Both the position numbers and the translations under genes were made by a program. From an uncultured Bacteroidota bacterium (GTDB lineage Bacteria; Bacteroidota; Ignavibacteria; UBA10030; UBA8401), in assembly GCA_963772165.1 (NCBI GenBank), contig CAVYWA010000010.1, forward strand, positions 45,496 to 109,495: a DNA stretch of 64,000 bases, read 5' to 3'. Positions 30,825-41,062 of this stretch are shown here, one piece after another. Position 1 is the stretch's first letter. Each line of letters opens with the position of its first letter. Under the pieces are notes generated by a model. That model worked only from the letters and a program-made list of their open reading frames with translations, did no database searches and had not been told where the DNA came from.

Positions 30825-31550
30825 CTACCAGTCTTTTTCTACATTGCCCTTCACAACCTGTTTCTTGTGAAGTTGTTTCTGAACGTTCTTCTCGTCGTTC
30901 TTCAACGCATCGAGAATTCGTTCAGCATCCGCACGAGACATCTGTTTCTCCTGTTGCTGTTGCTGCTGCTTCTGCTGCTGTTGGTCTTGCTTTTGCTGAT
31001 CTTGTTTGTTTTGATTCTGCTTATCTTTGTCCTGCTGTTTCTTCTGCTGATCCTTCTGCTGGTTCTTATCGTTTTTGTTTTGCTTGTTCTGCTGTTGTTT
31101 CTGCTGCTGTTGCTGCTGCTTTAACATCTTCTCGGCGTAGGCGAGATTGTACTTCGTTTCTTCGTCGTCGGGGCTCAGCTTCAACGAGCGTTTGTAATCA
31201 TTGATGCTTTCCTGATAATTCTTTTGTTCAAGATGCACGTTGCCAATGTTGTGTTGAAGCTGGGCCTGAATTTTTGGCACGTTTGTCTTTGTAAGAGCGG
31301 TCTGGTAATTTTGCACCGCCTCATCATACCGCTGTTGTTTATACAATGCGTCGCCGAGGTCAAAGTATCCCTGCATCACCCGGTTGTCTTTCTCCAGCGA
31401 TTTCCGGTATTCAGCTTCGGCATCGGCAAATTTTTGATCTTTGTACAGGGCATTCCCGTCGCTGATGTGCGACCGGACGGTCTGGGCGGCGGCGAGCGAG
31501 CTCACGCATACAGCCAAAAGAAGCAATTTATTGAAAGACCCGGATTTCAT
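30825..31550 (-). CDS. batC: BatC (TPR protein) with long Q/K-rich low-complexity tail
   Basis: signal peptide + TPRs; C-terminal (QQQK)n encoded by CTG/CAG-rich tract. Confidence 0.65.
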   Translation of the reverse strand: MKSGSFNKLLLLAVCVSSLAAAQTVRSHISDGNALYKDQKFADAEAEYRKSLEKDNRVMQGYFDLGDALYKQQRYDEAVQNYQTALTKTNVPKIQAQLQHNIGNVHLEQKNYQESINDYKRSLKLSPDDEETKYNLAYAEKMLKQQQQQQKQQQNKQNKNDKNQQKDQQKKQQDKDKQNQNKQDQQKQDQQQQKQQQQQQEKQMSRADAERILDALKNDEKNVQKQLHKKQVVKGNVEKDW

Positions 31551-31595
31551 TGAAGCCCGTGCGAGAGTCGTGGTTCCAAGTTCATTGTTAATTGC

Positions 31596-32651
31596 TCATT
31601 GTTCTTTATCGACAGCTATTCCTCGAAATGGATTAATCTTTTCCAGCCATGGAATCTTTTTGTCGGACAAAAACACTTCGACCAGCAGCAACACCAGTGC
31701 TACTCCTATAAAATACTGAAATTGGTCCTCAAAATCAGTGAATTGTTTTGTCCCAAATTCAGTCTTCTGCAGCGCATTGACTTCCTTATAAATCGCATCC
31801 AGTTCATCCTGGTTGTTCGTTGCCCGAAAATACTTCCCGTTCCCGAGCGTCGCAATTTTTTCAAGCGTCGTTTCATCCAACTTTGTGAGAACAACGTTGC
31901 CGGCACGGTCCCGTTTGAAATCGACCTGATGCCCGTTTGCATCATAGATCGGAATCGGCGCGCCTGCGGGCGAACCCATGCCGATCGTATAAATGAGAAC
32001 ACCTTTTTTGCCCGCTTCTTCCGCCTTTGGAATGACGTCTCCCTGGTTATCCTCTCCGTCGGTGATGATGATGAGGACCTTTTTCGTCGGGGTGTCCCAA
32101 TTAAACGATTTCACCGCCTGATCCACCGCGGTCCCGATCGCTGTTCCCGGAGTCGGCACCGATTCGACATCGACGACATCTAAAAACAGACTGGCCGCGC
32201 TGTAATCTGTCGTCAACGGAAACTGCACGTAACTCTCGCCGGAGAAAATGATCAACCCGATCCTGTCGCCGCCAAGCCGGTCGATGAGATTGCCGATTTC
32301 ATATTTAGCTTTTGCGAGGCGGTTCGGTTTGACATCTTCCGCCTTCATCGAAAGAGAAACATCAAGCGCAATGAAAATATCGACCCCTTCCTGCTTCACT
32401 TCCTCCTGGCGTACGCCAAGCTGAGGGTTCGCCAGACCCACAACGATGAACGAGATTGCCGTCACCAACAACACAGACTTCATGACGCGTTTCACGCCGC
32501 TTGAATCCTCGGCAAGCCGCACAAACATCTCCGATGAGGAAAATTTTTTCCTTGCCTCTCTCCGCTTCCGGCCGACAAACCATAGGAATGCGGCGGTCAG
32601 CGGCACAAGCGCAAGCCAGTACAAATATTCAGGGTGAGCAAAACGGATCAT
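31596..32651 (-). CDS. batB: BatB (vWA domain, membrane-anchored)
   Basis: two N-terminal TMs then vWA: DIFIALDVSLSM (MIDAS DxSxS), TDGEDN. Confidence 0.75.
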   Translation of the reverse strand: MIRFAHPEYLYWLALVPLTAAFLWFVGRKRREARKKFSSSEMFVRLAEDSSGVKRVMKSVLLVTAISFIVVGLANPQLGVRQEEVKQEGVDIFIALDVSLSMKAEDVKPNRLAKAKYEIGNLIDRLGGDRIGLIIFSGESYVQFPLTTDYSAASLFLDVVDVESVPTPGTAIGTAVDQAVKSFNWDTPTKKVLIIITDGEDNQGDVIPKAEEAGKKGVLIYTIGMGSPAGAPIPIYDANGHQVDFKRDRAGNVVLTKLDETTLEKIATLGNGKYFRATNNQDELDAIYKEVNALQKTEFGTKQFTDFEDQFQYFIGVALVLLLVEVFLSDKKIPWLEKINPFRGIAVDKEQ

Positions 32652-32727
32652 GAGTTCTTAGTCCGGCGTCCGTGGTCCTTCATCTTTTGCATGTGTATTT
32701 CTCGACAATAACTCATTAACGGCATAG

Positions 32728-33720
32728 TTATGGCAGCTTTCGCAACCATGTTTTCGATATCCCGACATCAACCATCAGCAGAAACAACGCAAGCCCGGCG
32801 TAGGAGTAAAACAACTCCGTGAATCGTCGGTAAGAATGAACTTCAATCCGAGTCTTTTCAAGCCGGTCAATTTCCTTATAGATTTTCTCCAGCGTGGCAT
32901 TATCGGTGGCGCGAAAATATTTTCCATCCGTGATCTCTGCGATTTTCATCAGGGCATTCTCATCAAGGTCGACCGGCATCATTTGGTACCGGATCCCAAA
33001 CGGGGTTTGCGTAGGATATGGCGCCTCGCCGATCGTTCCCATGCCCACGGTGTAGACGCGAATTCCGTACGACGCAGCGATTTGCGCTGCCGTGGTCGGG
33101 TCGATTTCGCCGCGATTGTTCACGCCGTCGGTCAGCAGGATAATGACTTTGCTTTTTGACTTGCTGTCTTTCAAGCGGTTCACCGCGTTTGCGATGCCGA
33201 GGCCGATAGCAGTACCATCTTCAATCATTCCGGGTTTGACCGGCTTAAGGAGATTCTTTAGCACCGCATAATCGACGGTGAGAGGGCATTGCGTGAAACT
33301 TTCGGACGAAAAAATGACGAGCCCGATTCGGTCATTCGTCCGCCCGTCGATAAACTCCTGCGCTACGGCTTTCGCAGCTTCAACACGGTTCGGATGAAAA
33401 TCTTCAGCAATCATGCTGCCGGAAATGTCAAGTGCCAGAACGATATCGATCCCTTCACTGTAGACATTTTCTCCGTGTGAAGCCGACTGTGGACGGGCAA
33501 GCGCGAAGATTAACAGCGTGAGCGCAGCCATGCGAAGAATGAACGGCAGATGCCGGGCGCGTTCCTTCCGCGTGGAGGATGCTTCGGAAAAAGGCATAAG
33601 GCTCGAGAACCGCACATCGCTTTCACGGTATTTCTGGCGAAAGTAATACCATACCGACAGCGCGGGAATCAACAGCAGCAGGAAGAGGAACCCTTTGTTC
33701 GCAAAGGTCACATCAAACAT
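32728..33720 (-). CDS. batA: BatA (vWA domain, membrane-anchored)
   Basis: DIVLALDISGSM MIDAS, LLTDGVNN; start taken at internal MFDVTFANKGFLFLLL. Confidence 0.75.
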   Translation of the reverse strand: MFDVTFANKGFLFLLLLIPALSVWYYFRQKYRESDVRFSSLMPFSEASSTRKERARHLPFILRMAALTLLIFALARPQSASHGENVYSEGIDIVLALDISGSMIAEDFHPNRVEAAKAVAQEFIDGRTNDRIGLVIFSSESFTQCPLTVDYAVLKNLLKPVKPGMIEDGTAIGLGIANAVNRLKDSKSKSKVIILLTDGVNNRGEIDPTTAAQIAASYGIRVYTVGMGTIGEAPYPTQTPFGIRYQMMPVDLDENALMKIAEITDGKYFRATDNATLEKIYKEIDRLEKTRIEVHSYRRFTELFYSYAGLALFLLMVDVGISKTWLRKLP

Positions 33721-34675
33721 GCTCAGGCACCTCCTCTTGAGGCTTCGTCCGTTCGACAATGTCCAACGCTTGCGGAATGACGGCTTCGTTTTCCGAAGGA
33801 ACGGGCGTGTATTTTGCAAATTTTACAAGGTCGGCATTAATGAAGAATACTTCAATCAACTTTGTAACGTCCGCTGCCAAAGTAAACCTCCTGAGCTGGA
33901 CAAAAACTTCATCCGATGTCAGCTCCAGTGCCATAATTCCGTACCGTCCCTCAAAATACTGCCGGATAATTTCCGTCGCTTCCGAGTAAAAAGCTTTTAC
34001 GTCTCCCTGCTGCCAGAGTCGCTTTTCTTTCAATTCCTTCAAACTGATCATCGCCTGGATGTGCGGCAGAATCTTCGGCGCATTCTCTTCGACAATTTCT
34101 CCGGCTTTTCTTTTTCTCTTTCTATAGTAAGAGTATCCGCCATAGACAAGCGCTGCAATCGCAAGGAGAACTCCTGTATAAAGAGCGATCTCCTTCCATG
34201 TCAGCGGAACACCGAGCGGCGGTTTGATGTCTTTGATGGCCTTTGCAGTATCAACTTCAACCGTAGAAACCTGGACCGTCAGCGGATCTGATTGAACATA
34301 GTGCCGTGTTGTGTCGTTTGGATGCATGTATGCAATACGGATCGGCGGAATAACAAACGAACCGGAATCATACGCCGAAAGTGTGACCTTCCGGCCTTCC
34401 GTCACTGATCCGCCCGACCCTGCGGCTGGCACCGTGTCGAGGTGAACAATTTCAAAAACGCCGAGCGTGTCCTTCATCTCGCTCCACAGCACCTTCACCG
34501 AATCGGCATGCTTCACTTGCACCGTCAAGTTCAACCAGTCGCCGACCGTGATATGTGTCGAATCGACGCTCGCGGCGACCGAAACTTCCTGGCTGAAGAG
34601 ACACGTAGCGTGAACGGCAAAAAGAACGACAACAACCCCAATGTGCGTTAATACCTTCTTCAATTGAATTCTCAT
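33713..34675 (-). CDS. hypothetical membrane protein of the bat/moxR operon (DUF4381-like position)
   Basis: 320 aa, signal peptide + one internal TM; sits between DUF58 and batA as in Bacteroides bat operons. Confidence 0.5.
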   Translation of the reverse strand: MRIQLKKVLTHIGVVVVLFAVHATCLFSQEVSVAASVDSTHITVGDWLNLTVQVKHADSVKVLWSEMKDTLGVFEIVHLDTVPAAGSGGSVTEGRKVTLSAYDSGSFVIPPIRIAYMHPNDTTRHYVQSDPLTVQVSTVEVDTAKAIKDIKPPLGVPLTWKEIALYTGVLLAIAALVYGGYSYYRKRKRKAGEIVEENAPKILPHIQAMISLKELKEKRLWQQGDVKAFYSEATEIIRQYFEGRYGIMALELTSDEVFVQLRRFTLAADVTKLIEVFFINADLVKFAKYTPVPSENEAVIPQALDIVERTKPQEEVPEHV

Positions 34676-34704
34676 TACGTCCCGGCTTATTCCCTTTACA
34701 CTTG

Positions 34705-35580
34705 TTACAACCGCTGTTCTCGAATCTTAAAGAAATCAATCAGCGGCTTGATGTACGGATTTTGAATATGGATATCGATTCTGTCGACTTTGGTCGACAG
34801 GAATAATTTCTTTAACCGTTCTTCGTGCTGCTGCCAATAGTAACGAAACGCTTGCTGGATGTACATGTTGCTTGTGTCGACCCATCGTTCGCGTCCCGAT
34901 TCAGCGTCGTGCATTTTTACAAGGCCGATTCTCGGCATTTCCCGCTCGCGGGGATCCTGCATCGTAATGGCGATAACGTCGTGTTTTTTGCTCACGATGC
35001 GGAGCGCCGCGTCGTAGCCCTCGTCGATAAAGTCGGAGATCAAAAACGTTATCGAACGTTTCTTGATAACAGAATTCAAATACTGAAGCGCTCCTTTGAT
35101 GTCGGTGCCGCCCCCTTCGGGCGCAAACGAAAGGAGGTCGCGCACGATGCGGAGGATGTGTGCCTTCCCTTTTTTCGGCGGAATAAACTTTTCGATTCTG
35201 TCGGTGAACAGGATCAGCCCGACTTTGTCGTTGTTACGGATCGCCGAGAATGCGAGGACCGCGCAGATTTCGGTCGCGATTTCATTTTTCATCGCCGCAA
35301 CCGTCCCAAAATTTTCAGAGCGGCTCAGATCGACGAGCAGCATCACCGTTAACTCGCGCTCTTCCTCAAAAATTTTGATAAACGGATGATTGAACCGGGC
35401 CGAGACGTTCCAATCGATCGAGCGGATATCGTCTCCGTACTGATACTCGCGAACTTCGGAGAATTCCATGCCGCGCCCCTTAAAGACAGAGTGGTACTCG
35501 CCGGAGAAGACATGGTTCACCAGCCCCCGCGTCTTGATTTCAATCTGCCGTACTTTTTTAAGAAGTTCTTGTGTGGTCAT
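34705..35580 (-). CDS. DUF58 protein (MoxR partner, vWA-like)
   Basis: IDWNVSARFNHP... and LLVDLSRSENFG motifs; start taken at ATG 35578..35580. Confidence 0.75.
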   Translation of the reverse strand: MTTQELLKKVRQIEIKTRGLVNHVFSGEYHSVFKGRGMEFSEVREYQYGDDIRSIDWNVSARFNHPFIKIFEEERELTVMLLVDLSRSENFGTVAAMKNEIATEICAVLAFSAIRNNDKVGLILFTDRIEKFIPPKKGKAHILRIVRDLLSFAPEGGGTDIKGALQYLNSVIKKRSITFLISDFIDEGYDAALRIVSKKHDVIAITMQDPREREMPRIGLVKMHDAESGRERWVDTSNMYIQQAFRYYWQQHEERLKKLFLSTKVDRIDIHIQNPYIKPLIDFFKIREQRL

Positions 35581-35586
35581 TTTTTT

Positions 35587-35706
35587 CAATGAACAATCAT
35601 CAATGAACAATGATCAATGATCAATGGATGAAATGCTTTTCTTGTGTTGATTGTTCATTGATGATTGTTAATTGTTCATTGATGATTGTTAATTGTTCAT
35701 TGATCA
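35587..35706. repeat. imperfect long inverted repeat with internal 21-bp tandem repeat (ttgttcattgatgattgttaa x2) at moxR-DUF58 junction
   Basis: left arm 35587..35627 caatgaacaatcatcaatgaacaatgatcaatgatcaatgg; right arm 35648..35706; overlaps moxR stop codon. Confidence 0.6.
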
Positions 35707-36693
35707 TGGTACTTCGATTTTATTGAGAATCTCCTGCACAATATTCTCCGACGTCACTTCTTCCGCTTCCGCTTCGTATGTGACGGCAACGCGGTGGCGC
35801 AGCACGTCGAGGCTGACGGCGCGAACGTCTTCCGGGATCACATAGCCGCGCCGTTTGATAAAAGCGTATGCCTTTGCTCCCAGCGCAAGATTAATCGTTG
35901 CACGCGGCGACGCGCCGTAGCTGATTAATTGCGCGATGCCGGGAATCCCGTACTCCTTCGGGTTCCGTGTCGCAAAAACGATCTCGAGAATATACCGTTC
36001 AATTTTTTCGTCCATATAAATTTCCCCCATCACTCCCCGTGCCTTCATAATATCTTTCGGCGATATGACGGGTTTGACGTTCGGTTCTGTTCCGTTGACG
36101 TTTTGCCTCATGATTTGAAGCTCTTCTTCTTTCGTCGGGTAGTCGATCCTCACTTTGAGCATGAAACGATCGACCTGGGCTTCCGGCAGGGGATATGTCC
36201 CTTCCTGCTCGATCGGGTTTTGCGTCGCCAGCACAAGGAACGGTTCTTCAAGTTTGAACGTTTCTTCTCCTATGGTGACTTGCCGTTCCTGCATTGCTTC
36301 GAGCAACGCGCTCTGCACTTTTGCCGGTGAGCGGTTGATTTCATCGGCTAAAATGAAATTGGCAAAAATCGGCCCTTTCTTTGTTTGGAATTTCGAGTCC
36401 TTTTGATTGTAGATAAGGGTTCCGACCAGGTCGGCAGGGAGCAAATCGGGAGTAAACTGAATACGTTGGAATTTCGCCTGAATTGCTCCCGCGAGGGTTT
36501 TCACGGCCATCGTTTTCGCGAGACCGGGAACTCCTTCGAGAAGGATGTGCCCGTTGGCAAGCAAGCCGATGAGCAATCGCTCCACCATATTTTTCTGTCC
36601 AACAATAACTTTCCCGACTTCCAAAGTGAGCAGGTCGACAAACGCACTTTCGCGCTGGATCTTCTCGTTGATAGCCTTAATATCGTGCTCCAT
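35704..36693 (-). CDS. moxR: MoxR-family AAA+ ATPase
   Basis: Walker A GVPGLAKT, Walker B ILADEINR, 329 aa. Confidence 0.9.
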   Translation of the reverse strand: MEHDIKAINEKIQRESAFVDLLTLEVGKVIVGQKNMVERLLIGLLANGHILLEGVPGLAKTMAVKTLAGAIQAKFQRIQFTPDLLPADLVGTLIYNQKDSKFQTKKGPIFANFILADEINRSPAKVQSALLEAMQERQVTIGEETFKLEEPFLVLATQNPIEQEGTYPLPEAQVDRFMLKVRIDYPTKEEELQIMRQNVNGTEPNVKPVISPKDIMKARGVMGEIYMDEKIERYILEIVFATRNPKEYGIPGIAQLISYGASPRATINLALGAKAYAFIKRRGYVIPEDVRAVSLDVLRHRVAVTYEAEAEEVTSENIVQEILNKIEVP

Positions 36694-36875
36694 TCAACCT
36701 CCGAACATGAATAAACAAGCGTAATTATTTGGCAATTTTGCAGTTAGACTGCTTCTAATTTAAAAATGTTCCGCTTAAAACCAAATATGGCAAACGAATT
36801 TGGTTTCGATGAAAATAATTTGTAATTTTTTACTTGCCATTTTAAAATCACCCCAATAATTCAAAGGCTTTTTTT

Positions 36876-37262
36876 ATGACAAAAAAGTTGCTGGCGTTTT
36901 CTATCCTGTCGATGCTTTTTGCCGCAGGCTGCGGCGAAAAAAAGGCCGATCCGGCGAAGATCGACGAAGCTACGAAATTGATTGACAATAAAGATTTTGA
37001 AAAAGGCATCGCCATGATCGACGACATTGGCAAGGCAAGCCCGAGCGATGAACTGGTCAAGAAAGCGCAGGTCGATGCACACATGAAGTACGCGAATTTT
37101 CTCATGTACGAATCACTGCTGCCTCCGAAAGAAAAATATCCGTCAGCGCTGCGCCAATACCGGCTTGTCGCCACGATCGACCCCGATAACGCCGAAGCAA
37201 AGCAGAATATTAATTTGATTGAAGGTATCTACAATCAGATGGGGCGCCCGATTCCGCAGTAA
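36876..37262 (+). CDS. small lipoprotein with TPR-like helices
   Basis: lipobox LFAAGC; 128 aa. Confidence 0.5.
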   Translation: MTKKLLAFSILSMLFAAGCGEKKADPAKIDEATKLIDNKDFEKGIAMIDDIGKASPSDELVKKAQVDAHMKYANFLMYESLLPPKEKYPSALRQYRLVATIDPDNAEAKQNINLIEGIYNQMGRPIPQ

Positions 37263-37279
37263 TGAATTTGATCGGCAGC

Positions 37280-37500
37280 AGGTATTTTAGAATAAAGTTA
37301 TTGCAAGAAGAGAAGCAACAAAGTCCCCAAAGGATTCCTTACAGCGGGACAATCCCTTTATTCTTCAAAAGACCCCAGGTCGTGGGATCTTTTGAATCAA
37401 CGGTCATTGCGAGGCGTTTTTTGCCGAAGCAATCCCCATTAAACAAAAGGATTGCTTCGTCGCTCCGCTCCTCGCAATGACTTTATTCTTCAAAAGACCC
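37280..37500. repeat. mosaic of MITE/REP-like element fragments (copies E2a/E2b plus an inverted degenerate TIR piece) upstream of tRNA-Val
   Basis: 37321..37372 truncated copy; 37402..37500 near-complete copy ggtcattgcgagg ... ctcgcaatgactttattcttcaaaag. Confidence 0.6.
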
Positions 37501-37621
37501 CACGACCATTTGATTCTTTCTATAGCGGCGGATTTGTATCTTTGATAAATCACTGGCGCTTAGCCAGTCCCCGCCAAAAAGCGGCGGGACTTCGCTGGAG
37601 CTGCCTTCAAGATTTAAAAGC

Positions 37622-37696
37622 GGGCGCTTAGCTCAGCTGGTTCAGAGCGTACGCCTCACACGCGTAAGGTCGCAGGTTCGATCCCCGCAGCGCCCA
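37622..37696 (+). tRNA. tRNA-Val (anticodon CAC)
   Basis: cloverleaf folded by eye: acceptor GGGCGCT/AGCGCCC, D-arm GCTC/GAGC, anticodon stem TACGC/GCGTA loop CTCACAC, T-loop TTCGATC (one A-C mismatch in T-stem), discriminator A, no encoded CCA. Confidence 0.85.
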
Positions 37697-37785
37697 CAAG
37701 AAGGGAAGAGGAAACTCTTCCCTTTCTTTTTTAAGAATCCGGTCGACTGCTTCGCAGATGGCCCCGCTTCTTCGGGCGCGGGTCA

Positions 37786-40700
37786 TCATTCTTCGTTGCC
37801 ATCCTCTCGCCCGCGGCTTTTCTTTTGATCATAGTGGTGAGTCATCTCATATTCCAGCTCAGGGTCGATTTTCTGCTGTTCTATTTTCTTTTCCCGTTCC
37901 ATCAGTTCCTCGTGATGAGCCTGGAGATAGTCGAGCTCCTTCTTACCGTATGAAAGTCGGGTGATGATGACAAACAGTACCGGGAACAATTAATATCGCA
38001 AGCGTCGATGCGGCAAGCATGCCGCCGAGAACCGTAAACCCGATCGTATTTCGTGCAACAGCCCCTGCCCCTGTTGCGAAAGCGAGCGGCATGACACCCA
38101 GAATAAAAGCCATGGATGTCATCGTGATGGGGCGTAACCGCAGCTTGACGGCTTCTAACGTGGATTGGATAAGCTCCTCTCCGCGGTCGACCCTCACCTT
38201 CGCAAATTCCACAATCAAAATGGCATTCTTTGCAGAGAGCCCAATCAAGGTGATGAGTCCTATCTGCGCATATACATTGTTGGTGAGACGCGGGGTACAC
38301 ATCAGCATCAGGATGGCGCCAAACGCACTGATGGGGACCGGAAGTAACACGGTAAGAGGTACAGACCAACTTTCGTAGAGTGCGGCGAGAAAAAGAAATA
38401 CGAATGTGATAGAGAAAATGAAAATATAGATCGTGGCCGACCCCGCTTTTATCTCTTCATAACTCAACCCAGAAAATTCATACGTGTATCCATGCGGTAA
38501 AGCTTTCTCTGCGGTTGCTTTCAGAGCCTCTATTCCCTCCCCGGTGCTGTAGCCTGGCGGTGTGGAACCATCCACTTCTGCAGAACGAAAAATATTAAAA
38601 TGTGTTATCAGCGGCGGCGCTTCGGACGCTTCGTAGCTGACCAACGTGCTGAGCGGCACCATCTCCCCATTCTGGTTGCGCACATAATATTTATTGAGGT
38701 CCGATATCAATGCACGATACGTCGTATCTGCCTGCACCACGACATGGTAGGTGCGGTCGTAGAGCGTAAAGTTATTCACAAACAAACTTCCCATGTACGC
38801 CTGCAATGTTGTAAAGACATCTGCAATATTCACCCCCAGCTTTTCACACTTCTCACGATCCAATGCCAGGTCATAGCTGGGCGTATGTGCACCGTAATAA
38901 CTAAACGCGGTCGAGATTGCCGGATTCCTACGCGCCTCGGCGACGAACTTTTTCACGACTCCTTCAAATGCATGTACATCATCGCTCGTGCTGCCCTGTT
39001 CGATCTGCATACTGAATCCCGCAGCCTGCCCTATACCGCGGATCGGAGGAGGTGGAATGACAACGATATTGGCATTGTCAATGCCGGCGCCGGCAATCTC
39101 TTTTCTCAGTACATCCATAATGCCTGGTATTTGTTCTTCCGGCTTCGTCCGCTCCTCCCACGGTTTAAGCATGCAAAAGATACTGCCGGCATTAGATGTA
39201 GCCCCGAAATTCAATATGTTCAGACCGGAGATAGCCGAGTAGTGGTTCACACCGGGAGTAGAACCGACGATCTCCATGAGTTTCGTAATGACCGCTACGG
39301 ATTGAGTGGTAGAGGTTCCTTCCGGCATTTGATATGTTACGTACAAACGCCCATCGTCTTCGGCGGGGATAAAGCCGGATGGTTTTTTCTTGAACAAGAA
39401 AAAAGCGGCAATACAAATACACAAAAGCAGAATGATTACATACCTTGATGCATTGATCCCGCGCCGTACAGTTCCAACATAGTCCCTCGTCAACGCTTCA
39501 AACCAACGATTGAAAGGAGCGAAGAATTTCTCACTCCATCGGAGCTTGCTGCTTCCATGCGGCCTAAGAAGAAGGCTGCAAAGCGCAGGGGTTAACGATA
39601 ATGCAATGAACGCGGACAACATCACCGATATCGCGATGGTGATGGCAAATTGCTGATACAACCGTCCTACAATGCCCGGGATGAAACCGACGGGAACAAA
39701 CACTGCTGCAAGGATAAGCGCAATGGTGACAACCGGCGCCGAGATATCTTTCATGGCCCGGTACGTGGCCTCTTTCGCGGACAAGTGATACTCGTCGATA
39801 TAATGCTGGACGGCTTCCACCACGATAATAGCATCGTCCACAACAATGCCGATGGCAAGAACAAATCCGAACATGGTGAGGGTGTTGATCGTAAATCCGA
39901 GCGGGATGAATGCGCAGAAGGTGCCTAAAATCGAAACCGGAATAGCGAGAATCGGGATAATCGTTGAACGAAGGTTCTGAAGAAACAGGAAGACCACGAG
40001 TGCGACAAGGCCCAACGCTTTCAATAACGTCTCAATGACTTCCTGCATGGAGACTTTGATGATTGTAATTGACTCAAAGGGGACGGTATAATCGACATCG
40101 GCTGGAAACGATTTTTTCAGCTGCTCCAACGTGGCGTAGACATTATTTGCAGTTTCAAGAGCGTTGCTTCCCGGCGTCTGATAAATAAAAATGATCGAAG
40201 CCCGCTTTCCGTCAACAAAGGAGTTGCTGGAAAAAGTGAACTTACCCAATTCTACCCTTGCTACATCTTTAAGATGAACAAGCTCGCCTGTGGATGGAAT
40301 GGTTTTGACGACCACATTTTCAAAGTCAGGAACTTTACTTAACGGTCCATTGACGAGAATGCCCAATTCAAACGGTTGTGTGTTTTGTTGAGGTGGAGCA
40401 CCAGCCGCCCCGGCTGCTGTCTGCACATTTTGCGCGTTCAATGCGGAAATGATATCCTGTGGAACCAAACCATACGCCGCCATTTTCTCCGGATTCATCC
40501 AGACACGCATGCTAAAGTTGTCCGTTCGTGTGTAGACGTCGCCGACACCCGGCACACGCAGCAGGGCATCTTCTATGAAGACGTTGGTATAATTATCAAG
40601 GAACGTAATGTTGTGAGTTCCCTTCGGCGAAAAAACGGCTACCTGCATGAGCATGCTGGGATTGCGTGCACGGACCGTCAAGCCAAGGCGGCTCACCACA

Positions 40701-41062
40701 GACGGCAACAGCGGGGTCGCGATCCCCACCCGATTTTGGACATTTAATGCGGCAATATGAACGTTGGTGCCGACGTTAAAAGTGACGGTGATGCCCATCG
40801 ACCCGGTGTTGGTGTTTGTACTCTGCATGTACTCCATGCCCGGAGTACCATTGACCTGCTCTTCAATAGGAGTGGCTACCGTTTGTTCCACCGTTTGCGC
40901 ATCAGCGCCGGTATACTGTCCGCTAATTGAGACGGCGGGGGGGGTGATGTTCGGATATTGATCAACAGCCAGGTTCGCTATACAAATAATACCCGATATC
41001 ATTAACACGAGAGAGATAACGATAGCGGTAACCGGACGTTTGATAAATGTATTAGCGATCAT
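37786..41062 (-). CDS. RND efflux transporter (AcrB/MdtC-like), C-terminal ~60 aa displaced by a 1-nt indel in a CCC run near 37985
   Basis: 1039-aa ORF 37943..41062 with 12-TM RND architecture; ORF 37786..37989 encodes the expected C-terminal tail FPVLFVIITRLSYGKKELDYLQ in +1 frame. Confidence 0.8.

Noticed and set aside
30867-31124. 85-aa poly-Leu ORF
   Set aside because: Antisense translation of the CTG/CAG-rich tract that encodes the BatC Q/K-rich tail; an artefact of the repeat.
37622-37696. Concern that the tRNA call is a pseudo-tRNA because of an A-C mismatch in the T-stem and a 10-nt D-loop
   Set aside because: Acceptor, D and anticodon stems pair perfectly. The T-loop is canonical TTCGATC. 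The 5' end matches typical bacterial tRNA-Val (GGGYGNTTAGCTCAGCTGG). A single T-stem mismatch is tolerated in genuine tRNAs.
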